This document shows, piece after piece, positions 11,505 through 24,899 of a DNA stretch of 64,000 bases. Every line of letters starts with the position of its first letter. Positions within the stretch are counted from its first letter, which is position 1. The stretch is from Oculina patagonica (Eukaryota). The stretch lies in NCBI RefSeq assembly GCF_052425735.1, contig NC_135760.1:28883074-28947073 (forward strand), given 5' to 3'. The notes below the pieces were generated by a model. That model was not told the DNA's origin and made no database searches. It worked only from the letters and a program-made list of their open reading frames with translations. The translations under genes and the position numbers were made by a program.

Positions 11505-11990
11505 GGGGACTTTGGGGTTTTCGGTTTCTCGGTTTTGGCCATTTTTTAGATCGGTTTTTCGGTTTTTGCAACAAAAAACCGCGGTTTTTCGGTTTTGGTG
11601 TCTTCTTTGGTTCTCGGGTTTTCCTTCTATTAGCATATGGTTTTCGGTTTCCGGTAAAAATACTAGCGGTTTTTCGGATTTGGTATTATGCTCTGGTTTC
11701 TGGTTTTTCCAATTTGGTTAACAGTTTCTCTGAGATCATGCGGGTAGAAAGAAAACCTGCTTTTATGTTTAAATTGCAAGTTAGAGCGGTGTAATCTAGC
11801 ATGTTAATGAACAAAAATGTCAAGACTCTTTAAAAACCCTTTTCTCCCTTTTTTCAAAATCTCGAGGTACCAATTAAGGTTACAGCTTCAGAATTTGGAA
11901 TGTTATGTTCGGTTTTCGGTTTTGATCGAAATTCACTTCGGTTTTTCGGTTTTGTATGATTTTTTGTGCGGTATTTCGGTTTCTTACAGG
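11505..11990 (+). repeat. Degenerate minisatellite of CGGTTTT(T)C / GGTTTTCGGTTT units in NUDT6-like intron 4
   Basis: More than 15 copies of ttcggttt / cggtttttcggtttt. Gives rise to the F/G/W-rich ORF 11411-11794. Confidence 0.7.
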
Positions 11991-12240
11991 CCCCAATGCC
12001 CCCCTCATGTTTGGAATCAAACTGAAAATTGCAAGCCCAGCAAGAATATGAATGAATGAAGTTTTCAAGTATAAGTGAAACTTCTTAAAATAACTGAAGG
12101 CTGATCAAGAATGTAGCAAGATAAAAATGGCCTGTTTTAATTAAAAGCAAGCATGGCAGCCAATCTAATAGCCTTATAGTGCAGCTAGCACACTTCCCTT
12201 TTTTGTTTAGTTTGTTATTTTTATTTTTTTTATTTTTTAG

Positions 12241-12345
12241 GTGCTGGTGGGCTAGTTGTCAATGAAAAAAACCAGGTGTTAGCAGTTTGTGAAAGATTTA
12301 GCAAGAAAAAGCATTGGAAACTTCCTGGAGGCATGGTGGATAGAG
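12241..12345 (+). CDS. NUDT6: NUDT6-like exon 5 (G)AGGLVVNEKNQVLAVCERFSKKKHWKLPGGMVDR(D); first half of the Nudix box
   Basis: Acceptor tattttttag|GT and donor AGAG|GTGAAC. Aligns to '[38 protein letters not shown]'. Confidence 0.8.
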
Positions 12346-12643
12346 GTGAACATGAAATCCACCTTAGAATCTATACCTTAGTCAACTTTGTGATTTATTT
12401 AGTTTATTTAGATGTATTTTTATTTAGTCTAACTGATACAGTTATGATGTAATGTATATGAAATAATTTTTTTTTTCAGGCTTCTTTATTCCAATTGCTT
12501 AAATTGGAAATTCACTGCGATGATCATTTATCACTTTCATATCCATCCGCAGTTCATATATGAATTATTTCATATACATTACATCATTTCACTCTTCTCA
12601 CGGGTAAAATATGAACTCACAATTGACCTCGCTCCCAATGTGT

Positions 12644-12716
12644 GGCTTCAATAGCTCAGTTGGTAGAGCATCGCACCGGTATCGCGGAGGTCACGGGTTT
12701 GAATCCCGTTGAAGCC
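12644..12716 (+). tRNA. tRNA-like sequence with intact acceptor (GGCTTCA/TGAAGCC), D- and T-arms but defective anticodon stem/loop (CCGGTAT, no U33); followed by a T16 Pol III terminator; likely tRNA pseudogene or SINE head, within NUDT6-like intron 5
   Basis: Body is near-identical to tRNA-Lys(TTT) outside the anticodon arm (ATAGCTCAGTTGGTAGAGCATC…GGGTTCAAATCCC). Flanked by 62-bp direct repeats (12478-12540 / 12737-12799). Confidence 0.45.
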
Positions 12717-13064
12717 CTGAATTTTTTTTTTTTTTTCAGGCTTCTTTATTCCAATTGCTTAAATTGGAAATTCACTGCGATGATCATTTATCACTTTCTT
12801 GATACAGTTATCTTGTTTGGCTTGTTGAATAATTAGTTTTCATTACATGACTGAGGCAGTTGAGGGCCATGCCAATAACAGAAGTCAGCCAACCAGAATG
12901 CTTTATTGCAAGTTCAGAAATTTATTTTCTCAATATTGGACCAGCCTAAGTGTTTTCAGCTGATTTTGAACAAAACTGTAAATTCTTTTATAATAAAGTG
13001 ACAAATCTAACGAGCATTCTGATTGGTTGAAGCAGTGTGCTTTATTTATGGTTTAGAGACTGTT

Positions 13065-13210
13065 GTGAGTGTTTTGTTGACAAATACACGCACGCGCTGG
13101 TCGCACAATGAACGAGAAATTTTCTGCAGTATTGAAAATTTCGAGTTCATTGTGAGGCCAGCAAGTGCGTGTATTTGTCAACAAAACACGAACGAACAGA
13201 CTCTAACCCT
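13065..13210. repeat. Perfect-stem palindromic hairpin element (GTGTTTTGTTGACAAATACACGCAC… arms) with a palindromic loop; similar hairpin elements at 14120-14320, 35570-35690 and 39690-39935
   Basis: 13070-13120 is the reverse complement of 13150-13200. The others were verified by reverse-complement reading. Confidence 0.6.
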
Positions 13211-14734
13211 TTTAATATACAATCTGAGTACACTGCATCGAACTGCAAGCGATCATCGACTTAACAAACTTCAAACAACAAACTTAATGTTTAAAAATAA
13301 GAAGTGTAGTAATACATAATTACACGGGATAAACATCAATAATGTAAAAATCACAAATTAGCCATACAGAAATAAAGCTTTAAATGGTTCATAAACTGTG
13401 GTCGTCAATAAATACAGTCAGTGAGAAGTTGACTGTATGGCTTCCACAATCAAGCAACTACAAACAAGTCAATCGCACACAAAAATGTATTTATTGAGCT
13501 GCAGTTTACCTTTAAACATGAAAGCGCTTCAAGTTGTTATCCTCTTCGATTTTGTTTGGTATTGGATCGTTGATTATTTGAGGAATATATTTTTCTTTCA
13601 CTTCTACAAGCCTTGAAGCTGAATACACTTTCAATAATGCACGATTTTTGTGCATTATTGTCAATACTGCACTGTCGGAGTTTGCTGACGACAGGTAAAG
13701 CAAAATCACGTGATCGATTTTAACCAATTGCGCGCGTGGATTTTTGACAGTGAACGAAGATTGTATATTAAGAGAGTATAAAGCACGCTGCTTACGAGTG
13801 CTCTCACCATCTTTTACCGTTTCCATGCGCATGCAGCTTGTGGATCATTTCAAATCTCGCTGTTTTAGCAAGCCGAGGAGAATTTTCAAGGTTAGAGTGG
13901 TTCAGCTCTATCAAAAATTAATGATAAGACCTCAAGTAGTGCTTAATTAACGTGCTTTAATTTAAAAAAATTCAGACACGTTTTTAAAAAAAAGAATTGG
14001 TAGATCAAAAGACTTTCGACACCGTCGCGTACAATCCCTCATGCCATTCCGCGCGTGCATCCTGAGATTCAATCTTGTTTTAATCCAATTTCTCTAAAGT
14101 TTTAAGTAAAACTTTATTATAAAAAAATAAAAAAGCCTTGGCCGTGCTTTGTTCTGTTATAAAGCACTCAAGGAGGTGACAATAGCACTCAAGAAGTTGG
14201 GAGAAACACTTGCCTGCGGCTCGTGTTTCACCCTACACTTCTTTCGTGCTCTCGTCACTTCCTTGCGTGCTTTATAACTTACAGAACAAAGCACAGCCAA
14301 GACTTTTTTATTTGTTAAGTAAATTAAAAAAACCTTGACTGTATTGGAAAAGTATAATTGGCTCTTTGTTCTTTTTGTACAGACCTCATTCAATCTGTAC
14401 AAGCTGTCAAGTTCAAGGGCTGTTTATTACTTCTCTCAATAATAGGCCCTGGCGCTTGGTTGATAAGATATTATCATACCTAAATTCCGAATCATAGACT
14501 CTATTGTACTTACAATTTATATAGAGGTGTTTGTGTTTCCTGAACAGAAGGGTAGAAAAACAAAACACATTTGGGGTATGCCATCTGTGTTTCTATATTT
14601 ATCAGCATGTAATAAGTGTCCCAGTTTTAGGACTAAGAATTTTTCCTCTTTTTTTCTGATGGATTGAATAATTTGGAGAGTCTGTGTTGACCAGGTAAAA
14701 GGTTCAGTCTGTGTCAAGCCAAGTGGCCCATACA

Positions 14735-14995
14735 GCTGGAGCTTATCCTGGTTTCCATAGCATTAAATGACTAGGAGTATTGCTACTCCCCCTGGATGGG
14801 ATGCTAGTCCATCGCAGGGTTACCCCCAGCAGTAAATTCGCTGGTACCCATTTATACACCTGGGTGGAGAGAGGCAATGAGAGTAAAGTGTCTTGCCTAA
14901 GAACACAATGCAGTGCCCCGGCCAGGGCTGGAACCCGGGCCTTTCGACTCAAAGTCAAGCGTGCTTACCATTAGGCCACTGTGGCTCCCACAAGT
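14735..14995 (-). mobile_element. tRNA-derived SINE (head GGGAGCCACAGTGGCCTAATGGTAAGCACGC… on minus strand), in NUDT6-like intron 5; partial second copy at 9478-9612 (-)
   Basis: The reverse complement of 14940-14995 has a tRNA-like head sharing GTGGCCTAATGGTAAG with the tRNA-Ser-like units. The body 'cttgcccaagaacacaa…gccattaggccactg' is shared with 9478-9612. Confidence 0.55.
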
Positions 14996-15128
14996 GTTTA
15001 CCAAACGCCTCTAAAAATCACAAAAATGGTACCAACATTGGAAGAGAAGATATAATTATAACTTATATATTCTTGAGAATGTTACCAACATATTGATACT
15101 TGGCATGTTTGTTGTTTTCTTTTCACAG

Positions 15129-15331
15129 ATGAAGATATTGTTGAAGCTGTTAAGAGAGAGGTCTTGGAGGAAACTGGCATTCAAACAAAATTTGTTTCTC
15201 TTATTTGTTTTCGTCAAATAATAAACTTTCGGTTTGGCTGTTCAGATATCTACTTCATTTGTCATCTCAAGCCTTTAACCCAAGACATCAATATAGACAC
15301 AAGGGAAATAGCTGATGCCCAGTGGATGGAT
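15129..15331 (+). CDS. NUDT6: NUDT6-like exon 6 (D)EDIVEAVKREVLEETGIQTKFVSLICFRQIINFRFGCSDIYFICHLKPLTQDINIDTREIADAQWMD; second half of the Nudix box (REVLEETG)
   Basis: Acceptor ttttcacag|AT and donor GGAT|GTAAGT. Matches NUDT6 'EDIGDTAVREVFEETGIKSEF...SDMYIICRLKP...CEWMD'. Confidence 0.85.
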
Positions 15332-16333
15332 GTAAGTTCTTCTACCTACTCTGTCTATAAGCTGCATATATTAAGGTTTTGTATTTTCTGAATGTGTATA
15401 AAGTTGTATAATTCCTGACTCGGCCTGGGGTAATAAATAGATTATTGTGTAAGGCAAGTGGATTTTACTGATCCATCACTTCACGATCACAATGCCTCTT
15501 TCCACCTAAGTGGATAAATGGGTAACAGGCGAATTAAATGCTAGTGATCTGTCATCCTCTACAGGAGCTACAGATCAGAGAGGAGAAGGTCGAAAAGAAA
15601 TACTCCTAGTCGCTTCATGCTACAAAAATGGGAGTATGAGTCACTGGGCCTGAACCCGGACTTCATCTTTTTACGTCAGGATTTATGAAGCCGACTGGCT
15701 ATCGATTTCCTATGTTATTTACTTGAAAATGTGGCAGAATGACTACCAAGCCACAGATAGCATCGATGGTCAAAAGAGATTGAAAATGATTGCAAAAAAA
15801 CATAGGATAATTGCTTTGGTCACAGACCCAACGTGTTATGTCATTTGCTTAGACTTTCATCGAATAATTAATTCTGATTTCAAAGTCTAGGACACATGAT
15901 TAATGCATGCATACAAGGATCACTAACTAAGCATAACTTTAATCACCTTTACTAGACTTTTATGTAAAGGTTAAAAAAGATGATCATCTTACGTATCAGA
16001 TTCGTGCTTTGTGGGCGTGTACATGTTAGATACCAAGACAGTTGCATAAATTACCTTCCACTCATACAGCAACTGTGAAATCAAAAGCAAGCTGACAGGC
16101 TGATAGGCAGGGATTTATGTAAAATCAGCATTACATGGAAATAAAAGTGAAATATTTACTCAGTTTGCCACAAACCAAACCTTACATAGATGCTTCGATT
16201 CAAAGCTGGTTGGTTATACTCAAAGGGATGTGATGACTATAGACGTGAACAAACCATGCAATGTTTAACTTATGACCAAAGGTATTTCTGCCGATGTGGG
16301 CCATTAATATTTGTATCTTGCTCTTTTTTGTAG

Positions 16334-16546
16334 TTGGATGAGTATATAGCAAGTCCGCTGGTTAATGACTCGAATCGGTTTATTGCAGTGGCTTACAAGA
16401 ACAATTTTCACAACAATGATAATTTGAAAGTCGAAACAAAGAAAGTACAAGTCGGTAGGACGTTTGGAACTTTCTTTAGCTTGAATCAATACAAAGATCA
16501 AAACAGAGATGACGATAACATCCATATTCCATTAACTGAACACTGA
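16334..16546 (+). CDS. NUDT6: NUDT6-like terminal exon LDEYIASPLVNDSNRFIAVAYKNNFHNN...IHIPLTEH*
   Basis: Acceptor ctcttttttgtag|TTG and stop TGA at 16544-16546. Aligns to the NUDT6 C-terminus '[29 protein letters not shown]'. Candidate AATAAA at 16787-16792. Confidence 0.75.
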   Translation: MDEYIASPLVNDSNRFIAVAYKNNFHNNDNLKVETKKVQVGRTFGTFFSLNQYKDQNRDDDNIHIPLTEH

Positions 16547-16934
16547 GAGAAAATGTTAAATAGTGGGCCACAGTCACCGTTCAATTTATATTTTGTTGAC
16601 GTACTGCACAACTGAATATCAAAATTCTGATAGACTGAAAGGTTTTGTCCTTTTGTATCATTGTGGCTTGCAGACATTTCAAGCTCAGTATCAGGCATTT
16701 CGGGGGAGAGGTGTGGGGAGAGAAGTGTCTTTCCTTAGGAAGGCCTAATGCTGTACTCTGAACGTTTGCTTGAGGTGTTGTGTTACAATAAATGTTGCCA
16801 TGTTGCTGTGTTGTATTCTTTGTGTTTGTCCGCTTCTCGGGCCGGTGTCACAGAGGATTTGGATTTCCTCCTCCCCCCACCCCCGCGAGTTTGGATTCCC
16901 CGGTCTAAATCTGCTACAGTAAAAACCCGCGTAT

Positions 16935-17160
16935 AAGAACCTAACATTTAAGAATTGGTAAAATTTTTTTTTTAACCTTCATAAAAATTTGGTAAAATTT
17001 AAAAAAGGTTTTTTTTAAAAAAAAAAAAAAATTATTTTTAAAAAATATATATATAAAAATTTTAAAAATTTTTTTTTTTTTTTTTAATAAAAAAAATATA
17101 AAAAAAAATTTTTTTTTTTAAAAAAAAAAAAAAATTTAATTATAAAAAAAAAAAATTGGG
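16935..17160. repeat. A/T homopolymer-rich low-complexity block ((A)n/(T)n with TATA and AATT interruptions) downstream of the NUDT6-like gene; a second T-rich block at 17800-17900
   Basis: Direct reading shows runs of 10-25 A or T. Confidence 0.8.
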
Positions 17161-17870
17161 GGTTACTAGATATTGACGCATCCTGTAAGTAAATTTGCCC
17201 CTCCCCTCCCCCCTTACAAGCTTTGTTCCCATCGTATTCTGTACGTTATTCCTTTTGCAAGATTTTTGTCAATGTTCCGTTGATTCACAACACAAACAAT
17301 TCCTTATTAAAGACAAAGATAATACTACGAGTAAACAACGAACCTGGATAAACTGTCTAACAAAAACGAAGCTGTAATTTTTTTTTCGCTTTCGTATCAG
17401 GTACTGAACAAAGATGACGCTTGATTAATAATACAAACTATGGAGAAGGATTCTCAGTTTCGTTTATAAAGCATTGCGACGGGGTACTATTATAAAGGAT
17501 AACAACTCCGAGGAGCATTCTGTGAATCTGATTTTAAACATACTTTTGTATACACTATAAAACCTGCTAGAACGCACCTTTTATATTTCATTATTCACTT
17601 TACAAAACCGCAAGTGCGCAAAAGTTAGGTGTGATCACTTATTCATTTTTTTCATGAGTTTTGCTGGGAGGTCCAAATTCTCTAGGACACTGTTTGAGGC
17701 GATTTCGGCACGTAATCTTCATTTAGGGTTAATATTAATAACTCGACGACAATGCTTTAAAACCAGCATCAAATGCGGGTCGTTTCTTTTCTCTGGTCTT
17801 ATTTTTTTTTTTTTTTTTTTTTTTTATTTTTTTTTTTTCTATTTTTTTCTTTTTTTTTGGTATATTTATT

Positions 17871-17903
<33 letters not shown>

Positions 17904-20900
17904 CCCCTAAAATTCCGGTTATAAGCCCTGGGCTAGTACAACTTCGTAAGGGGTTTTGTGTGCGCTTATAAACGGAAAGGCGTATTTCCAGGTGGGCTTA
18001 TAAGCGGAATAAAAAACGTTTCGAAACGAGCCACGGGAGTGTTGATCGAAATACTTTTTTTAGTTAAAAAGTCATAATAAAGCAACATTTAGCCCTGTTC
18101 AGTACTGTCATCCAGCAGAGGGGGGCTTATAATCGGATGTATTTTTTTGTTTCCATAGATGGGCTTATAACCGGAATTTTACGGTATTCTACCATGGTGT
18201 TCTATACTTTACCATCGTCATTGATATCGTTGCCGTCATTATAGAGATGACATCAAAATGTGTTAAGAACAAACGCTGCAGTCCATTCCATCCATGTCTG
18301 TTGGTTAAACGAAAAAATACTCTAAAACTTACTTTACTTCACTGCCTGATGACGTTTGTGATTGTTTTTATTTAGCCGCACGAATTTCAAGCGAGAGAAA
18401 ATCTCGATTCAGGAGCGTTCTTGCAAATGCAGAAGCTTATCGTGTCACGTGACTAAACACGAAGCAATAGCGTGTTTGCGAACTAGTCAGATTTTGTAAT
18501 ATGTGGAAGGAAAATGGTTACAAAATATAAAAAAAAAATGGAAATAAATGAACACTTTTCTTTTCCGCCTCACAATCTAAATCCTTAACTTAACTAAAAA
18601 AAAAAATTCAGGTGAACGATTTGTCACCTGAAATGTCATTAAAGATTTCCAGTTATGTAAAGTCTTCAAGTTCAAATTAGCTAGAAAATGACTGCTTAAT
18701 TAAACATCAGTATTGCTAGCAATTTTATAAGCAAATCTTATTTGTGGTTATGATCATGCTTGTTAGCCTTGAAAACGGAAGCAGTCAAGAAGCTGCGTCA
18801 CAACTTTTTGAGTCATTCCTCCAGGGCTGTGACTTGAAAATAAAGGAAACCTGTACAAGGTTGGAAAACACCAAAGGAGTAATACTAAAACCAAAATAAA
18901 CAAGGCCATAGTTTATACGACTGGCATAGATTAAGCCGTGGATAGGTACAAACAACAAACTCGACGCAAAATCGGCTAACTTAGTTTTTTCAAGTAGTGC
19001 TGTCTGTTGCGTGACCTGTTTCTGATCATTTGTTTACAATTCCTTGCCTTGGTATTTTGCAGAGGTGAATGACCCTGACTAAAGAAACGCCCCAGCAGAA
19101 CTTGAACACCAAAATGGTGAGAGTAAGAAGAAATTGAATATTTTTGAAAAAAGAAACTTGCCGTTGATCGATAATCTAGCAGCTGCTGTGACATCACTGA
19201 AGATTTGGACATTACTTGAAGTAAGACCTGTTGATGTCGATGTTAATATATATTACCTACACGATACTGTTTACTGCTCCGCTAGCGAGATAAAGGAATA
19301 TAACATTAGGGTGGTGGACTGGTACAACTACATTTCCTTTTCGATTTCACAGTTGCCAAGAAAAACATCAGACAAAATTCTGATGAAAGATTTCGATTTT
19401 TAATACTATAATGACGATAAAGGAATTACTGTCATATCCACTGGTAACGAAATGGCGAGAGGAGAGAAGCGTGCTTTAGTTTAGCTTGTTGGCCCGGGGG
19501 GACTCCATCATGTAAGCTATTTAGGTATGTCCGGCCCAAAAGGCTACTGGATTTTGAGCCGTCTTGGTCCGAAATAGACCAATTTGAAAATAGGGTATTG
19601 TTTGTACACGCTGATCAGCATTAGGTATATTTTTAGGTAACTGTTTATTTTTTTTTTTTTTTGGAAGTTTTGTGGGGGTGTGGGGGAGGTTAGATATAAA
19701 ATATAAAAAGGGTAGAAAATATTTTTTTTGGGGGGGGTTGGCTTTTTTTTTTTTTAGTCCAAAGCTGATCTGTTCTTGCCATCTGTTATGAGGTCGGCCA
19801 ATAGAGCTGTGTTTTTTTTTCTTTCTTGTTAAGCGTTGCCAGTTTCCTTCGCCCACTTACAACTCACTGGATGCTGTTTATCAAGCCAGACATTGAAGCA
19901 TTCTCGGAGAAAATGTGCTACCTGAAGGCTCCGTAACGGATTTTAAAACTTGTAGTGTTCACTTGCGTGATTTCTGTCTTATGTACATTGTCTTTTCTTG
20001 CTCTCTTCTTCGAATCCCTTATTTGGGGGAAACCCAATGTACAGAATGTACCTGTGACATAAAACAAAGAGCTTACTGATAGGGCGCGAGTTCGCGCGTG
20101 GTAATACAACGCGTGCGTTGCTCTCTTTACTTTAGCATGTCTTGCGTCTGCATAGGACAAGAAAATGTCAATGTAAAAGCGCAAAGTTTATTTCACATTC
20201 GACTTCTCCCCCCCGGGGGGGGGGGACCACATAATTTCGGGTGGGGAGGGCGGCCCGGCCCCCCCTGACCCTTTAAGACACGAACCCTGACTTCCTACCC
20301 CCGGGGCCCTGTTTAGAGAATGCCATTTTATACCCCGAAGACAAACAAGCCCACGTGTGTGACGTGAAAAGCTAAGATCAAGCCGAAATCAACGTAGCAG
20401 CAAAGGAGTCGCGTTCCCCGCATGCCCCATATAGCACCTGACATGTCCAGCAAAGAACCGGAGAAAGGAAACCCCGTAAGAAAAAAAAGCCGCCAACCCT
20501 ACGGGCCGCACGTCCCCGGCCCTAAAAGGGAGGCCCCCCCCCCCCCCGAGGCGGGGACTTCTCCTCACAGTGTGATCTTAACCTGGTAAATTAAAAGCGG
20601 ATAATTTTATGAAACCAATCATGACTGCAGTTCAGGGTGCTCGCATGCTTGTAAAAAAGTGTCATAAGTTTGGATTCCAGTAAGTTTTGGAACTGACAAA
20701 CTCATAAATGGTAATAAATTACTCAAATGTAAAATGAATTCAGTCTTGTTTCTCAAGCTCTTGAAGCTTCTTGACCTTTGGTAAACTGCGAACGTGCTTT
20801 AAGGCATGGTTACAAGAGACGCTATCCCATCACCCGAGATGCAAAAAAAGTGTTTGCTAATTGTTTTTCACGATCGACCTGTTTACTGAGTAAATAGGCC

Positions 20901-23900
20901 AACTCTTACTCTCCATGAGCTGTCAGATTCACGATTTAACTCCATCTTCTATGGACGACCTTTTTTCTTTCACGGGGAAGATTGAACACATGAATTTGTT
21001 TTCTCAGTTCGCGGTGGTGATATTTATGTCTGCGAGTTTCGGGGCGAGAATTAATATTGTGTATTATATTGAAATTTCATATGCCGTGTACTCGTGTTTC
21101 GAGGGTAGTAAATTTGAGTTTTATTTTACACATGTCATGTTTACAGTGTCAACTGAATATGCAACTCAGTTTCGTTTTGATGTTAGCATGGTGTTTAGCA
21201 CGTTACTGTTTCATTCATTCGTTTGTAGGCACCACCTTGTTCAAAAATTGTTTTTAAATTCATGTTTTGAAGCATAATTTACTCTCTATCTTTCGAGTGT
21301 ACAATATGATTGAGGGATTGTATATTATTGCATTCCTTTCATTCCATATCACAAGGAGTACCCGCTGAGTACACAATTGCACCATAACCTTTGACAATGA
21401 GCTAGATGGCTTGCAGCCTTGCTGTTTTTTTCCACCTCAGTTTTTAAACAAGCATGAGTTCTTTGTGTGAATTTGACAGCCAGGAGCTTAGCACACTCCC
21501 TCGGGTCATTTAAATGCACGAAAGCAGTGCTTACAAGCGCATCCAAGCGTGTTGATACTGGCGCATGTCTTCATACACAGCAATGTCAATGATCGTCGCT
21601 GGAAGATTTGTTCGGACGGATACCAGTTCACTGTGGATTGTAAGCTTGACAAGGATTTGAACATCTGGGGTATGTACTGACTGCTCACTTTTAAAAGTTA
21701 TTCTATCAAGGTAGTTTGGTTTGTTCCAGTTTTCTTGCGCAGGTTAGAGAGGTTAGAGTTTGTTTGCTGTAGCCATCTTGCAACAGTTTCTCACAGTATG
21801 AGATTATCTGTGATTACATTGGAAAATACTGTAGACCAATTTGAGTCCATAATCTAACATACATTTTATATTTTGTTTTGTCGATACTAGTTACAGGTTT
21901 TCGATTAAGCGGCACAGAAAGTTCTGAATAAGCGTTCAGATGCCAACTTGATTTTCACAGCTCTTTGAGTATACTGATGCCGGTCTCACGCTGATCTGAC
22001 TTCATACTGTGCATTGCAAGAAATTGTCGAAAGCAAGTGACCTGTTTTGTTTTCGAAAGAAGTATGTCGCATTTGTAGTGTACACTGTGCCGTACATGTG
22101 TACAGATTGAACTGTTCAGTGTTTGAGCGATTAACTGTTTAAGAATCAATTACTAGCTTGTTTTGACTGACAGTGTTTCGTCGTTTATGTTTCGTGTAAA
22201 TATATATTACTTACCATTTTAAAGGTCGGCAGTTCTCGTTAAACCTCAACATTTTTTACTCAACGGTCAATATGTTTAGGCTCTGTTTAGGCCATTGTTG
22301 TAAAGTGAATTTTCTACGATTACGACCAATCCTTGATTTAATGAATCAAGCAAACAAGGCGAGTAAACAATGAAATTGACAGTTACTGAAAGATAAATCA
22401 CTGTAGCTCGGGCTGAAACTGACTACCTTTGGCTTCTTTCGTATAAACGTACTGAGTGAAAGCTATCGGCAGTAGACAGCTACGAGTGCCAGGCTGTTAT
22501 GTAGCCCATGTTTGTAAAGAAAGTTCATTGGAACGCACAATGTTTGTCCTCGTCCTACGTGCTAATTTGTTTACACACTGTTTTAAGTTTGAAGTTTTAT
22601 TTGCTCTCCGCTTGTAGTGCAGTAATGAAGTAAATGACTGATCGGAACACTGCGATTGTTTCTTTTTAGACGCTTTTTTACTTTGCTTTGAGATTATTTA
22701 CATCTTCAGTCTGTTGATCTTTCAAAATTTCATGCGAGTCCGTCCGTTTTTCGATTAGGCGAAAATTACTCCGGCTTTCTTACACACATGTATTCAATAG
22801 TGTGTAAAGCGCATCTAAGGCCCTGACTTATAGTTTTTAGGTTTTTTTTTTTCCATATTTTGTTCGCTTATGTAGTCTCCCTTAGTATATTTTATGTGTA
22901 CTTCACTTGAATAAAAGAATAATTCGTATAGTACGGTAGATAAACTTGTTTTTATTTATTTGGTATCAGGATGCAGGACGAATTGTCAGAAATAGAGCCT
23001 GGTGAATTATCTGCTCAGCTAGAGATTGTACCGCTAATCCGTGTTTTGGTGGCTATTAAGTTTTTGTCGCGTAAAATAAAAATTAAAATTAATTAAATCG
23101 TCATTAAATAGTTTAGCAGTTCCCTATTCTTGTTGTGGGTGTTAAATTCCCGTTCAAAAATCCTGTTACCTAAAATAGCTGAATCTTCGTATGTAAATTA
23201 TTGCTCGACGTTTCCAACTATTTTCCAGTTATTAGAATACTAATCTACTTTGTTATTTAAAGTGAAATAATTTTTATAAAGAAAAGCGCTGAATTAATTT
23301 CTATTTTAAGTTCAAGTGTTTTCGCTTTTGGTGTTAACTTGTTATATTGGGTGTTGAGTATATGTCTAATTCAGCTTGATTACGTAGTTGATCCCTTAGT
23401 ACACAATACCGACCGCGGACTGCATGGTTTCGATTTCAGAAATACTTCTCCGTTTACACAAACACGAAACTCACATCATGACATGTGTACGAGAATATCA
23501 AATTATATAACAGATACTATATACCAGTATCACAAACAACAGCAATGTCGTCATCATTATAAATTTGTCAGTTTTTGTTGTTGTTTTGTTCGTTGAAGAG
23601 TTTCCAAGATATCGCGAAAGTAAAGTGTCTTTTGTGAAAAAGCGTTTGGTTGATGGTCAGAGTTAAGATATCCACCTGTAGCTATAAGACATCTTACGTG
23701 ACCTTACGTAACTGACAAGTAAGAATTTTTTTGTTGGCAGTAAAGTCGGGGGCGGTTTCAGGATTTCCTGAGAGGGGAGGCTGTACACCTTTAATAGGTT
23801 TCGACGTCATGTGCGCGGATGGCGAGCGTCACGGCGTCATCTTCTATAGGGGTCGGGGAATGTTTTTCCGATTTTGCCATCTAACGGGTGACATCATTGT

Positions 23901-24859
23901 TCAACCAGAAAACCAATAATTATAATGCATGTTTAAAAGGGACTGCAGTAACAACGACAGTTATTTGTCGTTTTTCTATATGCTTCGTTGATCGAAAAAT
24001 GTAGCCTGAGGAATTCTTGGATGAGCTATTCCAAAGCCCTTGCATATCTCTCTTCTATTTCGAATCTCTTATAGCTTAGAATAATGCACAGCAATAACAG
24101 CGAGATCTGTGAAGCGCTCTTCAGACAGTTTCACGAGCGAAAAGGACCGCTCAGGTTCCGCACTACTGATTAGTGGGGTGTATGTGACGAGGAGAAGATG
24201 ATGAATTTAGAGAAGCATTCTTGTCACAGGCACCAAGTGCTAAAAGACTGTTCCTTGGAAGTTTCTTCTCTGCTGACTGCCACATAGTTGCCTTCTCCCC
24301 AACTTAAAAAAACGATTTTCCCACTACTCAGTTTTCAAGATAGTGCCGAGATGAGATGGACACGCTTTCAGTTAAAGAGTTGCTCGGGAACCGAGGCTAT
24401 TCCAGTTAATGCCATTATTGAGCAGTGGCAAAATGTACATTATCTTTGCTTAACTTGATAATCAGTCAATTGGTGGAAGTGAAACAACTACGGATAAAAT
24501 AATTTTATTCTATTATTTTTATGAAAAGTCAAAGAAATAAAAAAGAATGCCACTCTAAGGAGGGAGATCCGCCTCTGAAAGTGAATGAAATCTGAATATC
24601 AATATGACCGTAACACAGATTGAATAGCTTTACGCAGTTTTTCCTCGCTAGAAATTGTTTGATAAGCGCCGTGTTGCAAACCACATGACCCGGTGTATTG
24701 AAACTAACAGACGATTGTTTTATTCGTCTTTCAAGGAAACGTCTTCCCAAAAAACAAGTTTTGGTGCAACAGTTTGCTTTGTTAAAGAAAACAAGTCAAT
24801 AGAAAACCAAGAAGCTGCTGCCACAAAATCATCTGACGACGAGTTGAAGACATCCCGCC

Positions 24860-24899
24860 ATGTTTTCCAAGTCACAGGGCAGCTCCAAACCTGATAAAG
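24860..24899 (+). CDS. Possible 5' coding exon of the serine-rich/coiled-coil gene (MFSKSQGSSKPDK-, Kozak cccgccATGt, donor AAAG|GTAATC)
   Basis: Strong Kozak context and a strong donor. Phase 1 would match an acceptor ttcag|AG at 25331-25332 (exon start 25333). No homology support. Confidence 0.25.

Noticed and set aside
11411-11794. 127-aa F/G/W-rich ORF
   Set aside because: Product of the CGGTTTTT minisatellite in a NUDT6-like intron.
20200-20570. Possible TIR element bounded by C/G homopolymers with a 9-bp direct repeat GACTTCTCC
   Set aside because: Termini are poorly defined homopolymer runs (possible assembly noise). The inverted repeat is not convincing beyond the homopolymers.
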